Shown: positions 25,492 to 39,552, numbered from the whole stretch's first letter. The stretch: 63,053 nucleotides of DNA, filler included, from Reclinomonas americana ATCC 50394 (GCA_048213135.1; 17 parts of 14 records of this genome joined end to end with filler, not necessarily neighbours in it), one strand, 5' to 3'. Notes: a model not told the origin generated them from the sequence alone. Translations and numbers: made by a program.

Positions 25492-25544
25492 TGTGGGGGA
25501 GAGGAAGGGGAAAGAGTGTGAGCGAAGGGGGGAGTGAGCGGAAC

Positions 25545-26290
25545 GCGAGCAGAGGGAGTGAAACGAGCAAAAGGGAGTGAAACGAGCAAAAGGGAGTGAA
25601 ACGAGCAAAAGGGAGTGAAACGAGCAAAAGGGAGTGAAACGAGCAAAAGGGAGTGAAACCAGCAAAAGGGAGTGAAACGAGCAAAAGGGAGTGAAACGAG
25701 CAAAAGGGAGTGAAACGAGCAAAAGGGAGTGAAACCAGCAAAAGGGAGTGAAACCAGCAAAAGGGAGTGAAACCAGCAAAAGGGAGTGAAACCAGCAAAA
25801 GGGAGTGGAACGAGAGAAGGGAGTGGAACGAGAGAAGGGAGTGGAACGAGAGAAGGGAGTGTGACAAGAAGAGGGAGTGGAACGAGTAGAAGGGAGTGGA
25901 ACGAGAGAAGAGAGTGGAACACGAGCAGAGGGAGTGCAACACGAGCAGAGGGAGTGGAAAACGAGCAGAGGGAGTGGAAAACGAGCAGAGGGAGTGGAAC
26001 ACGAGCAAGAGGGAGTGGAACACGAGCAGAGGGAGTGGAACACGAGCAGAGGGAGTGGAGCACGAGCAGAGGGAGTGGAGCACGAGCAGAGGGAGTGGAG
26101 CACGAGCAGAGGGAGTGGAGCACGAGCAGAGGGAGTGGAGCACGAGCAGAGGGAGTGGAGCACGAGCAGAGGGAGTGGAGCACGAGCAGAGGGAGTGGAA
26201 CACGAGCAAAGGGAGTGGAACACGAGCAGAGGGAGTGGAGCACGAGCAGAGAGGGAGTGGAACACGAGCAGAGGGAGTGGAACACGAGCA
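25545..26290 (+). repeat. 20-bp minisatellite (GAGCAGAGGGAGTGGAACAC-like) with homogenised sub-arrays, intronic
   Basis: Roughly 37 contiguous units and no spacers. Confidence 0.95.
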
Positions 26291-26530
26291 NNNNNNNNNN
26301 NNNNNNNNNNNNNNNNNNNNNNNNNNNNNNNNNNTTAATTAATTAANNNNNNNNNNNNNNNNNNNNNNNNNNNNNNNNNNNNNNNNNNNNGAGTAAGTAC
26401 GTGAAATCAAAACCCTTCACCTTTCCTTCACCCTTCACCCCTTTCCCCTTCCCCCTTTCACCCCTCCCCCCTTCCCCCCTTCCCCTCTCTTTCCCCCTCC
26501 CCCCTCTTCCCCCTCTTCCCATTTGCCCAC

Positions 26531-28220
26531 CTGCGACTCCTGCACCACCTCCTGCAACAACGCCATCTCGTTCACCAACGCCGCCTTGCGCTCATACAAC
26601 GCATCCTCCGCCATCACCTCCCCGCCTCCTCCTCCCACACCACCTGTACCACCTCCCGCACCAGCACCAGCCTTCCGCGCCTCGGCATGCACACTGCCCA
26701 ACCACTCGGCCAGCACCGCCGCATACCGCCCCACACACCGCGTCTCCTCCAGCACGTGACGCAAAGCGCGCGACACCTGCCCCACATACCGCGCAAACGC
26801 ATCATCGCCCGCGCGCACATCCGGCTCGGCCGCCACCAACGGCAACTGCTGCACCGATTTGACGAGCGACGGCTCCAGGGCCGCCCGCTGCGCCACCAGC
26901 CCGAGAATGCGCGCACCGGCGGCCCGCAACTGCGCACGCTTGGTCCACACATGGGCCGCCGAGTCCGCGACAGTGGTCGCCATCTCGGGGACGGCGGGAG
27001 GGCACGGCAGCGCCTCCTCGCACAGCGTGTGATGCAAGTGCGTGGCGGCCTCGGTGAGGTCGCGCAGGTACCGCTGCGGCAGCGCCAGCCGCATGGTCAG
27101 CCAGCCGAGGGCCAGCAGCAGCTCGCGCGACGATGCCTCACAGCCGCCGACAAAGAGCGCCGCCCGTCCGTACCGCCAGTGGGCGAGTTGGTGGCTGACC
27201 ATCAGGCGGGCGCGCAGAGAGGAAGAGGAGAGCGGTGAGGGTGCCAGCTTCTCCAGCGCCGAGTGGTGGAGTTTTGCGCGGAGGTTGGAGCGGGCGAGGA
27301 GGACCAGGTCGTGGAGGAGCGTCCAGAGCCAGGGGCGCTAAGTGCGGAAGGGAGGGGGGAGGGGAAGGGAGAGGAGGGAAAGGGGAAGGGTAAGATATGA
27401 GAGAAGATGACGACCGATGAGACAATAACAGAGAATGCACGGCAAATTATCTGAGGCTCTCCGACTCTTATTTCTTATGCGATTTCTCTTCTGCCTCCTC
27501 TCTCTTTTCGGATTAGTCTTCTTCTACCTCCAGATATCACTTCTTTGAACTTCCTCTCTCCCGTTCCCTCTCCAACTCTTTTCTTCTTTTTTCTCGTATC
27601 TACTTGGTGAATCAACTGTCACCATGAGTGCATTAAACGGAGTGAGGTAAACAGTTCCCTCTCGAAGGGATGAGCAGGTGGAGAGATCGGTGAGTGAGAG
27701 TATGGCATGGGGACAAGGAGCCGCCCTGCGTCTGAGGGCCAGGTTGGAGAGGAACAGAACTTCGTGCTCTCTCTCTCTCTCTCGCGAGTATATCTTGTTG
27801 CTGTCTACGTGCGTGTTCTAGAGTCCGAGCGCGAAACAATGATTACAGTGCTCCTTGCAGCAGGCGAGAACAGCATGCGAGGAAGAGAAGAACTGTCTCA
27901 ATGAGCTTTGACTGCCGATGTGTTTTCGCACGACTCAACACAGCAAGACATAAAGTGCAACGCAAGTCTCCTCCTCTAGAGACAGAGTCAAACGCACGAA
28001 TCGTCCTCTCCCCTCTTCCACTCACCGCCTCCTCCGCATTGTACTTGCCCTGCCGCAACAACTCCGGCGTCGCCGACCACGCCACCACCACCTCATCGCT
28101 CTCCGTCTCCGCACTTGACGCGGAAGGAGAAGGCGGAGGCAATCGAATGCCAAAGTGACACAACACGCGACTCCACAGCTCGACGGCTGCTCGTGCACTG
28201 GCCGCGCCGGCGGTGCTCAT
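26531..28220 (-). CDS. TEDC1: Tubulin epsilon and delta complex protein 1 (C14orf80/DUF4509)
   Basis: Exon 28220-28026 (PELLRQGKYNAEEA) and exon 27337-26531 (WLWTLLHDL...SSRELLLALGWL) match the remembered TEDC1 motifs PEIFRRAKFD and GSRELLLALSWL. Confidence 0.75.
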
Positions 28221-28602
28221 GCTATGGAGGGGAAAGGGAGAAGGGAGAAGGGAGTGAGGAGGAATGAACAAGGCAATCGAGTGGAAGAGGAAGAGGGAAG
28301 TGACGATTGAGGTGCTGAATACGTGGGTGAGTGACAGCAGAGTGGCCCTCACTTGCTCACAACGATAGAGAATGCGAGCGAGAGAAAACGACGAGAGACA
28401 ACTATGATTGAAGCAGTCCAAGGTGCTGCATGATTGGGTAAGTGACAGCAGTGTGAAACAAGGGCCGTCCCTGACTCACTTGCTCACTCACAAAGAAGGG
28501 CGGAGAGAGAGACAAGGATAACAGCGATTTAAGTGTCACCAAAAGCAATCCGGGTGACGACTGAGGTGCAGAATGAGTGGGTGAGAGAGAGAGAGAGAGA
28601 GT

Positions 28603-28640
<38 letters not shown>

Positions 28641-29447
28641 GAGAGAAGAGAGAGAGNNNNNNNNNNNNNNNNNNNNNNNNNNNNNNNNNNNNNNNNNNNN
28701 TTAATTAATTAANNNNNNNNNNNNNNNNNNNNNNNNNNNNNNNNNNNNNNNNNNNNACACACTCTCTCACTCATTCACACACACACACACACTCTCTCTC
28801 TTTCTGTGTGTGTGGGAGAGAGAGGGCACTCACACACAGAGAAAGAAGAGGCAGAGAGGTGCCAGAGCAAACTCATCTAAACAGTCACTCATTCGCCGAG
28901 AGAGACTGAGAGACTCAATCAGGCATGCATGCATGCGTGCAGGAAGAGAGGGAAGAGAGAGGAGGGAGCAACTCATCACGCAATGCACTCACTCACGAAC
29001 ACGCTTGCATACACATACAGACACACAAATACGCACATGCCACAGAGTGTGAGGGACAGACAGATAGAGACTGAATCAGGCGTGCATGCAGAGAGAGTTT
29101 CAGAGAAAAACTCATCACACACTTACTCACATTGAAGCTGCAAAGGCAGACAGAGAGTCAACACACGCTCACAAAGTTCCATGCACAACTTTCTTCGGCC
29201 AATCCTGCACTCCTCTGCCTTCCCCTTGCACTTGCCTCTTCGAGAAAACACTTACACAGTACCATTCACAGCCTCTCTCGTGCCTGCATCTCCGTTCTGC
29301 ACTCTTTCCCTCTTATCTCCTCTTTCCTTCCCCCTCCCTTCCCCCTTCACCACTTCCCCGTTCACCCCTTCCCCCTCCCCCCTTCCCCCTCCCCCTTCCC
29401 CCTTCCCCCCTTTATCCCTTTCCCTTACACTCCCTTTCCCCATTAAG

Positions 29448-32082
29448 GCTTCCTTGGCCTGGACGACGACCGCAACGGCTCCTTCCTCCCCGGCCCCTCC
29501 TTCGCCCCGGTCCGCGTCCGCGAGGCCCTCCGCTACCCCTCCGCCAACTCCTACACCGAACTCGGCTACAACCTCTTCCCGCCCGCCTCCACCGGCCGCC
29601 AGCCCCTCATTCGCGACTTCGGCGACCTGCAGTGCGCCGACATGGCCGACATTGCGCAGGTGCACGTGGCGATCCACAAGGCGCTCGACGGCATCCTCCG
29701 CGCCGGCCTCATGCCGACGCTAATCGGCGGCGACCACTCGCTGACCTACCCCGTGCTCAAGTCGCTGGCGGAGCTCGAGTCGGCGGTGACGCGCAGCGCG
29801 TACGTGTTGCACTTTGATGCGCACGGCGACATTTATCACAACTTTCTCGGCAACCCCTTCTCGCATGCGTCGCCGTTTGCGCGCATTTGCGAGAACAAGT
29901 TGGTGGCGGGGGTGGTGCAGATTGGCGTGCGCACGCTGACCGAGGATCAGCGGGAGCAGCAGCACAAGTTTGGCGTGCATTGTGTGGAGGGGAAGGATGT
30001 GCCGGTGGATTGCAAGACCATGAGGGAGTATTACGCAAAGGTCTGGGAAGGGGAAAGGGGTGGAAGGGGAAGGGATGGAGGGAAAGGGATAAAGAGGGGA
30101 AGGGCGGGGAGTGAGGGGAGAAAGAGAGAGGGAGAGAGAGAGAGAGTGAGGTTGTATCTGTTCTATTATTGTCTCGTTCATTGAGACTGAAATTGTGAGA
30201 CAAGAAACTGACGAGATGTAGATAGTGTGATTCGTGGATGAAGAGAGACCAGAATTCAGCACTACAGCAGACACTCGCAGTTGTGAAGCAGACGGAGCGA
30301 AATGAACGCGAGTTGGGAGATAGGCAACCCATTGACAGAGAGAGAGGGAGACGAGAGACGATGTGATAAGCGCGTTAATTTCTCTCAGTCTCTTGTCTCT
30401 CGCTTTGTGGTTGTCTCTTGTCATGCCTCTTGTCTCGCAGCTTCTCTCTGTCTCTTCCTTTCTTCTCTCTTTCAGATACTGTCTCCTGTCTCTAGTAGCC
30501 TCGTGTCTCGCAATGCCCCGTCATTCTCATCTGTCTCTCTCTCTCTCTCGCTGTCTTCTGTCAATCTTGCTGTCGCTTGTCTCGCAGCTTCTCTCTGTCT
30601 CTTCCTTTCTTCACTTTTGTAGATACTGTCTCCTGTCTCTTGTAGGCTCTTGTCTTGCAATGTCCCGTCATTCTCAGTCATCTGTCTCTCTCTCACACAC
30701 GCACTGTCTTCTGTCAATCTTGCTGTCACTTGTCTCGCTCGTTCTCTTTCCGATTGCCTGTTGCAGTGCATTTCACAAGAGCGAAACACTATCTGTGTCG
30801 CATCCTTGCTTTGTTGGAATCGTCGTCTCAGACTTGGGTCTCCGTCTCTCGCAGTGTTCTGTCTTTGTCTCTTTCGCCTGCAGTCTCTTGTTATGAGTAT
30901 GAAACGACGAAGCACGGATAATGCAAGAATCACGTCAGTAGGCTCTTAGCTGGACTATTGAGTTGCTTCCTTTAAAGCAAGAAAAGAAGGATTGTCGTTT
31001 TGTGCCGATCTTGCGTCTCTTGATCCGTCATTCTTTCAGAATCTTGTCTCTTTAGCAACAGTGAAGCACACGTGAGACTGCGTATTGCCTTGCAAAAGAC
31101 GCTTTTCGATTGGCTGAAGTCTTCCTCTCTCTCGCTCTCCTTTTGGTGTCTCTTCTCTCTTCTCCTCTCTTTGTCTCTCTGTCGCTCAAGTCTCGACCTC
31201 GTGTCTTGTGAGCGTGCGAGGGCAAAGCACAGTTGAGAACGATTGACCCTTTTTGATGGCTGTGTCTCATCAGTGGAGCCTCTTGACAGCAAGAGTGAAG
31301 GAAATCCTCGTCGAAGTCTCGTGTCTGTCTTGCACGCTCAGTCCTCTGACTCTCCCAGCCAGTCGTCTCTTGTTCTCTCAGTCTCTTTCCTCATAAGCAA
31401 GAGAGCAACTCGCTTCGCAGCCAATTGAGTGCCTACCAAGTTTGATGATTGCGCCTTGAACAGAAGAGTTGTTGACGAACTGCAGTCACCTGCCTCTTCT
31501 GTGTTTTCGGTCTCTCAGTTCTTGTCTCATTTCTCTCTTCTCTCATTTCTCTCTTTCTCTCATTTCTCCTGTGCATTTCATCCTTTCCCTCACGTCCCCC
31601 TTCCCCTCACGTCCCCCTTTCCCTCACGTCACCCTGTCCCTCACGTCCCTGTTTCCCTCACGTCCCCCTTTCCCACACGTCTCCCTTTCCCTTCTCATCC
31701 CCTTCCCCCTCCCTTTCCCTGTCTAGGTTCTGCCCGCCAACGCCCCCGTCTACGTCAGCGTAGACCTCGACGTCCTCGACCCGGCCTTCGCCCCCGGCGT
31801 CTCCCACCACGAGCCCGGCGGCATGTCCTCGCGCCAGCTCCTCGACGCCATTCACGCCATTCCCAACACCAACAAGCTGATTGGCTTTGATGTTGCGTTC
31901 GAAGGAGAAGTTCTTTGATCTTCGTCTGCTGCTTATCTCTCTGCGTCCAGGTGATGGAGTACAATCCCCTCCGCGACCTCAACGGCAACATGACGGCCAT
32001 GGTCGCCGCGCGCATCTACCGCGAGTTGTGCAGTGTGGCGCTGCGCCAGCGTGGCGTTGTGCCGTGGACTGGACAGAGTTGA
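29448..32082 (+). CDS. Ureohydrolase (plant-arginase/agmatinase type); 5' exon missing
   Basis: Exons 29448-30040 (GGDHS, HFDAHGDIY, FSHASPFARI, QIGVR), ~31728-31892 (VSVDLDVLDPAFAPGVSHHEPGG) and 31951-32082 (MEYNP...MTAMVAA). The Mn-ligand motifs are intact. Confidence 0.92.
30400..30740 (+). repeat. ~150-bp degenerate tandem duplication inside the ureohydrolase intron
   Basis: CTTGTCTCGCAGCTTCTCTCTGTCTCTTCC at ~30429 and 30577; TGTCTTCTGTCAATCTTGCTGTC at ~30552 and 30705. Confidence 0.8.
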
Positions 32083-33004
32083 GAGAAAGGGAGGCGCCTG
32101 CCGGCCGCGTGTGGTGCGTGGTGGTGACAGAGAAAATGAATCTCCTTGAATAGTCTTGTATGCCAAAGGACGGGCTTTGCAACAAAAAAGGGACCTATGT
32201 CGGTTCTGAATAAAGACGGAAGCAGCATAGCAAAGGGAGATGGAGGAAAAATGATCTTCCCTTCGTCTTCTCTCGCTTGTTGGGAATAGAGAAGAGAACT
32301 ATGATTCGAAGAGGGAGGAAGAACGATTATCATTCTCATCTTCGCTCTCGGACACAGAGAAGACCAGAGAGGAGGACGAAGGATTTCCCCTTCACATTTC
32401 TCATCTTCCTTATCTCTTTCTCATTTCACGGGAAAAGAGAGGAAACGTAAGTGAGGAACGTGATGAGGGGCCCTTCATCTTCTCGTCCTTCTCATCTTCT
32501 CTCTCACACTTCACGGGAACAGAGAAGAGGTATAGATGGATCTCTCTTTCATCTGTCTCATCTCCTCTCTCTCTCTCTCTATCACTTCCCGAGAATAGAG
32601 AAGACAACAGGATGCGAACGAAGAAGAGAGAAGTCTAAAAAAGATTTCCCCTTCACCTTTCTCATCTTCTCTCACACACATTTGCCGGGAATAGAGAAAA
32701 AGAGGAAAGAGAGCAGAGGAACAAGTATCTTCCCCCTTCATCCTTCTCATCTATTCTCTCACTTCGTTCTGCAACTCCCTCGTCCTCTCGCAGTCTCTCT
32801 CTTTCTCTTACCTCTGTTCTCTCTTCTTCTCTTGTCTCTTGTTTCTAAACTTCCCTTTCCCTCCTCTCTCTCTCTCTCCTCCCTTCTCTCCCCCCTCCCC
32901 CTTCCCCCCTTCCCCTTCCCCTTCCTCCCCCTCCCCCCTTGCCTTCTCCCCAATTCCGATTCACTTCCCCTCCTTCCCTCTTCCCCCTCCTTCCCCCTCT
33001 TTCG

Positions 33005-33257
33005 TCACTCTGGGGGCATCCACTCCACCGCCGACGAATTCCACATGGTGACCGCCAGGTACACCGCACCACTCCACGTGGGCGGGATCGGCAGCGTCAC
33101 ATGCACCGTGTCGTTGCGCGAGAATGTCGCCTCTCGCTTCTCGCGCGACACCTCTACTCGCACCTCGATAATCTCCTGCTCCGTGTAGACCATGCCGCGC
33201 GAGCTGTGTGCGCGGGACAGGCTGCGTGGTGGCAAAAAAGAGTGGTGAGTGAGAGAG

Positions 33258-33300
<43 letters not shown>

Positions 33301-33372
33301 AGGAGAGGAGACGAGAGAAGAGAGAAGAAGGAGGGGCAGCAGGGAATGGGATCAAGAGGCATGTGCCTTGTT

Positions 33373-33409
<37 letters not shown>

Positions 33410-33521
33410 AAGNNNNNNNNNNNNNNNNNNNNNNNNNNNNNNNNNNNNNNNNNNNNTTAATTAATTAANNNNNNNNNNNNNNNNNNNNNNNNNNNNNNNN
33501 NNNNNNNNNNNNGAGAGAGAG

Positions 33522-33570
<49 letters not shown>

Positions 33571-36500
33571 GAAGGAATAAGAAGGGGGCAGCAGGAAATG
33601 GAAGGCAAGTGTCTTTTGAGGGAAGAGGGCGAAGAGAAAGAGTGAGAGAGAGAGAAGGAAAGGGATAGAAACGGGGCAGCAGTGAATGGGTTCAAGATAC
33701 ATGCGTCTGGTGAGGGAAGAGAGAGAAAAGGGGAAGGAATAGAAACGGGGCAGCAGGGAATGGAATCAAGATGACTGTCTTGTAAGGGAAGAGAGAGAAA
33801 GAGGGAGAGAAGGAAAGGGATAGAAAGCGGGCAGAAGGGAATTGGATCAAGAGGCATGTGAGAGAAGAGAGAGGGAGGGAGAGAGAGAAGGGAACGGATA
33901 GAAACAGGGTAGCAGGGAATGGAATCAGGATGCATGTGTCTTGTGAAGGAGGGGATAGAGAGAGACGCACTTGGACGATGTGCCGGCACTGAAACAGGCC
34001 ACGGAATCAGGCGTAATCAGACTGCTGTAGTTGTCCAGGTCTTCCGTGCGTGCCACGCCCCAGCCCATACTCGAGTTGCAGCCGGGCACCTTGCGCAGCC
34101 GCCACGACATTTCGCCGCCGCTGTGTCGACTCCAAGATGAGAAAGAGATGAAATGAACAGCTGTCAAAGTAGACGCACACTTCCAAGTCAACGCTCTCGG
34201 TCGACGAAAATAAAATCGGTCCGTTGATGGGCAGCCGCAGTATCCGCGTGGAGGCATCCCAGGTGCCTCGTCTGGCCGTCACTTGCTCAGCGTTGAAAGT
34301 GGCGGCAATGAAACGCGCTGGCGGTGAAGACGGAGATGAGAGTTCCATGCAGTAAACGAACTACTGCAAAAACACTCACCTCGCGTCGCCTCCTCCAACA
34401 TTCGCTGCACGGTCTCGATGCCACCGGTCACCACCGGCCCGCACTCTATTCTCGGCAGCTGCTGGACTTCGGCCTGCAACGCCGCGAGCCACGTCATGGT
34501 GTCGGCGTTGCGCGTCATCTCCACGTGCGACAGGAGCAGTTTGGCGGCGTATTCGGCCGTCGGCGACCTCTCCTCCAGCAGGCGGAGGAGGAGTGGTCGG
34601 AGCGCGACTTTGACGTTTTCGTGGGAGGAGGTAAAGTCGCAGCTGGCCGCGCGGGTGGCATCGGAGCGGTTGGAGAGCATGACGAGGGCGGTGTGGAGGA
34701 GGGAGAGGAGGGTGTCGTCGTCGCCATCTGGGGAAGGGGAAGGGGAGGAAAGGGGATTGAGGGAAAGGGGTTGAGGGAAGGTGGCAGACGGGGAGGAAGA
34801 AAGACACAATGTGATTAAAAGAACAGAGTTGAGGCTGATTGAAATGCTAGGAGTGATACAGACCGAAAGGAAACAGAAAACCACATTGTTGCAAGAATTG
34901 GTTTCAGAGAGAAACAATGCATCGCGAGGCGGAGAGCAGACGCAGAATGGACACCGAGAAAACAGAGATTCGAGGTGCATTGCTGACACACCTGATAGTT
35001 TGTGGGATAGAATTCGTCGCATCACTGTCACCATGCCGCCGGCCTCGCAAAACGTTGAGGTGGCCCATGAGACACCTGTGGATTGAGTGAGCAAGTGACG
35101 AAGCATCTGTCAGTCGAGCACGAGGCTAACCGCCACACAACACCGACGCCAGAGTCGCCGCCAGACGCACACATGATCCTCGCCCGTCGTCGATCATGAC
35201 CACAAGATCGGCAAAGACACGAGGCTCGCAACATACGATTGCTTGTCTTTCCCGTGAGGCTGTGGAGGCAGAGTAGGAAAGTGAGTGAGAATAGAGTGAA
35301 GGCGGAAGAGAGAAAACGATGGAAAGGGGAGGAGAATGAGCACGAAGACAGCAGGAGAGATTGCAGAGAACGACGACGGTTACTGAGAGAGAGAGAGAAT
35401 GGAAATAAATAATGGCGATGAACAGAGAAAGCAGACCAAGCAGAAAAATGATTGAATCAGAGACTATTTGTTCGCCTGCCGATGAACGAAAAAGGATATT
35501 TCTGAATGAGAGAGAGAGAGAGGGGAGCGAGAGAGAGAAGCCAACAAGCAGCTTGTAAACGATGGGAAAAGATCGAGGATGCAACCCGAGAGAGAATGAG
35601 TGAGGGGCTGTCATCACGCACAACGTGACACATGAATATGGACGAAAACGACAAGAGAGCAGAAAAAGCTGAGAAGGCTCCTCGACGGTGTCCACGTGAC
35701 AGTGACAGAAGGACGGGAGAGTGAGAGAGTGTGTGCGAGAGAGATCACAAGCTGCTTGTAAATGATGCAGAGGCGGGAATGATTGCGTATGTCCAAGCAA
35801 GAGGAAGAGTGGGTGAGCAAACGTGAAGACGACTGGCAAGAAGCCGAGAACCACATGACAACAAGACAATGCAAAGAAGACAACTCCGCAATTCTCCTGC
35901 AGATGACGCAACAATGCGTGTAGACCAACAACAACGCCGCAGCCGCCTCGCGCGTGCGCTTATCCCTCAAAAATCGTGCGAGCAGCGGTACAAACGAGTC
36001 GCACGGGAGTCGAGTCACCGCCGACAGAACTTCGTCGCGATCTGAGAAGGAAACATGCGGAAAAACAAAGAAGAGTGAGAGTGAGCGAGGAAAGGAGGAA
36101 GGGAGGAAGTGTGAGGAAGGATGGCAGCTTGCAGAGAGCAAAAGAGTGAGCGAGTGAGTGCGCGAGTTGCAGAACGGGAGAGAAAGGGCAAGAGATTGAT
36201 TTCAGGAAGAGGCGATTGCGTGATTGTGTGAGTGAAGAGTGAGAGAGAGAGAGAGAGCGAGGGAGAAGGAGTGAGGAAAACAATGAGGGAAGGAGGGAAT
36301 GAGGGAGGGAGAGCGTCATGACAGGTAAGAGTGAGCAATGAATGAGAAATGTGAGTGAGTGAGCGAGTGAGAGAGTGAGTGAGAGTGTGACAGAGTGAGT
36401 GAGTGAGTGAGTGAGTGAGAGAGTGAGTGAGTGAGTGAGTAGAGAGAGTGTGTGTGAATGAGTGAGTGAGAGAGTGAGAGTGAGTGAGCGTGAGAAAGTG

Positions 36501-36623
36501 TGAGTGTGAGCGTGTATGAGTGAGAGAGTGAGAGCGGAGGGAAGGAAGAGAGTGAGTGAGTGTGCGAGTGTGCGAGTGTGAGTGTCGAGAGTGAGCGTGT
36601 GAGTGTGTGTGGGTGAGAGAGAG

Positions 36624-36666
<43 letters not shown>

Positions 36667-37315
36667 ACGNNNNNNNNNNNNNNNNNNNNNNNNNNNNNNN
36701 NNNNNNNNNNNNNTTAATTAATTAANNNNNNNNNNNNNNNNNNNNNNNNNNNNNNNNNNNNNNNNNNNNCGGGCGGTCAGAGTTGCCGTCGACTTGCTCG
36801 ATCAGCAGCGTCATGGATTCGACGAGGCGCTTGCGGGCGTCGGTGTCGAGGACGTCCCATTGGAGGGCCCAGTGGACGCAGTTGCGGTGGAGGTTTTCCG
36901 AGACGCGGATCACCAGCTGCGAGGAGGGGAAGGGTGAGGGAGGGGAAGGGGGAAAGGGGAAGGGGGAAAGGGGAAGGGGAGGCAAGGAGACGGGAAAGGG
37001 GGAGAGGGAGGACGGCGGGAAATCTCAGAAACGACAGTGCACAGAGAAGACGAGGACATCAGGGAACGTTTGTGAGCGCTGCGACGAAAAGAAAAGCGAA
37101 AGACAGAGACAAAGGGAGCGGAAGATAGAGAGGAAGAGCAGACAAACGGAAACAAGAGGATCGGAGCTGCGCGTGCAATGAGGAAAAGGCAGAGGTGCGA
37201 AACGCACGATATGAACGACAAGAAGTGCATTCGGAGAGTACTCATGTCTGGACAAGTGGCGGAGTTCTGTGCATTGAGAGACACACTGACAGACAGGTAG
37301 GTAGACAGGCGGACA

Positions 37316-37379
<64 letters not shown>

Positions 37380-38294
37380 AAGAGANNNNNNNNNNNNNNN
37401 NNNNNNNNNNNNNNNNNNNNNNNNNNNNNNNNNNNNNNNNNNNNNNNNNNNNNNNNNNNNNNNNNNNNNNNNNNNNNNNNNNNNNNNNNNNNNNNNNNNN
37501 NNNNNNNNNNNNNNNNNNNNNNNNNNNNNNNNNNNNNNNNNNNNNNNNNNNNNNNNNNNNNNNNNNNNNNNNNNNNNNNNNNNNNNNNNNNNNNNNNNNN
37601 NNNNNNNNNNNNNNNNNNNNNNNNNNNNNNNNNNNNNNNNNNNNNNNNNNNNNNNNNNNNNNNNNNNNNNNNNNNNNNNNNNNNNNNNNNNNNNNNNNNN
37701 NNNNNNNNNNNNNNNNNNNNNNNNNNNNNNNNNNNNNNNNNNNNNNNNNNNNNNNNNNNNNNNNNNNNNNNNNNNNNNNNNNNNNNNNNNNNNNNNNNNN
37801 NNNNNNNNNNNNNNNNNNNNNNNNNNNNNNNNNNNNNNNNNNNNNNNNNNNNNNNNNNNNNNNNNNNNNNNNNNNNNNNNNNNNNNNNNNNNNNNNNNNN
37901 NNNNNNNNNNNNNNNNNNNNNNNNNNNNNNNNNNNNNNNNNNNNNNNNNNNNNNNNNNNNNNNNNNNNNNNNNNNNNNNNNNNNNNNNNNNNNNNNNNNN
38001 NNNNNNNNNNNNNNNNNNNNNNNNNNNNNNNNNNNNNNNNNNNNNNNNNNNNNNNNNNNNNNNNNNNNNNNNNNNNNNNNNNNNNNNNNNNNNNNNNNNN
38101 NNNNNNNNNNNNNNNNNNNNNNNNNNNNNNNNNNNNNNNNNNNNNNNNNNNNNNNNNNNNNNNNNNNNNNNNNNNNNNNNNNNNNNNNNNNNNNNNNNNN
38201 NNNNNNNNNNNNNNNNNNNNNNNNNNNNNNNNNNNNNNNNNNNNNNNNNNNNNNNNNNNNNNNNNNNNNNNNNNNNNNNNNNNNNNNNNNNNNN

Positions 38295-38328
<34 letters not shown>

Positions 38329-38710
38329 CAAGGGATACAACAACTCACTCCCTTGCCCACTCCATTTCCCCTTCCCTGTTCCTCCGCCGTTCCCACCCAA
38401 CACGCAACTCTAAACAACCGCTTGAACAGCATGCGCAGCAGCACCTCCACATGCGTGTTCTTGTAGATGAGGAGGCCGCGGCGGACGAGCGGGGCGGCCG
38501 TCATGTCAAACATGACCTTGGCGCCGTAGGCGGAGAAGGCGGCCCACAGGAGGAGGGAGCGGGTGATTTCCGGGTAAAAGGGCACCCTGGAGGGAGCGGT
38601 GTGAGATGGAGAGGAAGGGTGGGGCGGTGAAGAGTGGCGAGGTACGGCGAACCAAGTCAGCAGTGAAAAGGCGGCGCACTCGGCGGTCCACAGCACGGCG
38701 ACATAGGACC
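33005..38710 (-). CDS. Large hypothetical multi-exon protein: helical/ARM-like middle region and a possible SPRY-like beta-rich C-terminus
   Basis: GC-rich exons at ~38710-38404, 36918-36770, 36041-35900, 35258-34990, 34727-34379, 34350-33970 and 33220-33005 (MGWGVA..., IEVRVEV...ATFSRND...VYLAVTM). Spans linkers, so continuity is inferred. Confidence 0.45.
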
Positions 38711-38759
38711 TGTGAAAGGTGGAGGGGTAAGTTGGAAGGCAGAAGAAGGCGACAGGTAA

Positions 38760-39397
38760 GACAGTCGTGGCAGATCTAACTAACAGGAGCGAGCGAAGCG
38801 CAGCGACGCAAGAGGACTCGGAGTGAGTGAGAGATGAAGACAGTCGTGGCGGAGAGAGTTAAACAAGAGCGAGCGAAGCGCAGCGACTCACATGACTCGG
38901 AGTGAGTGAGAGACGAAGACAGTCGCGGCAGAGAGATAAAACAGGAGCGGGCGAAGCGCAGCGACCCAGAGGGCTCAGAGCGAGTGAGAGAAGAAAACAG
39001 TCGTGGCAGAGAGAATTCTACAGGAGCGAGCGAAGCGCAGCGAAGCGCAGCGAAGCGCAGCGAAGCGCAGCGAAGCGCAGCGAAGCGCAGCGACTCAAGA
39101 GGACTCGGAGTGAGTGAGAGACGAATACAGTCGTGGCAGAGAGAATTATACAGGAGAGAGCGAAGCGCAGCGACTCAAGAGGACACGGAGCGAGTGAGAG
39201 ATAAAGACAGACGCAACAGAGAGAATAGAACAGGAGTGAGCGAAGCGCAGCGCTCAAGAGGACTCGGAGTGAGTGAGAGACGAACACAGTCGTGGCAGAG
39301 AGAATTATACAGGAGCGAGCGAAACGCAGCGACTCAATAGGACACGGAGCGAGTGAGAGATGAAGACAGTCGTGGCAGAGAGAGTTCAACAGGAGCG
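38760..39397 (+). repeat. ~79-bp tandem repeat (8 units) with a nested (GCGAAGCGCA)n expansion
   Basis: CAGTCGTGGCAGAGA-like anchor at ~38762, 38841, 38920, 38998, 39128, 39207, 39287 and 39367. Confidence 0.85.
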
Positions 39398-39497
39398 NNN
39401 NNNNNNNNNNNNNNNNNNNNNNNNNNNNNNNNNNNNNNNNNTTAATTAATTAANNNNNNNNNNNNNNNNNNNNNNNNNNNNNNNNNNNNNNNNNNNN

Positions 39498-39552
<55 letters not shown>

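Noticed and set aside
25545..26290. Regular repeat array as a possible CRISPR (also 38760-39397 and 50880-51700)
   Set aside because: Units are contiguous with no unique spacers, there are no cas genes, and the context is eukaryotic.
36910..38696. ORFs of 340-500 aa spanning N runs (also 46992-48275)
   Set aside because: Artefacts of translating through gaps.
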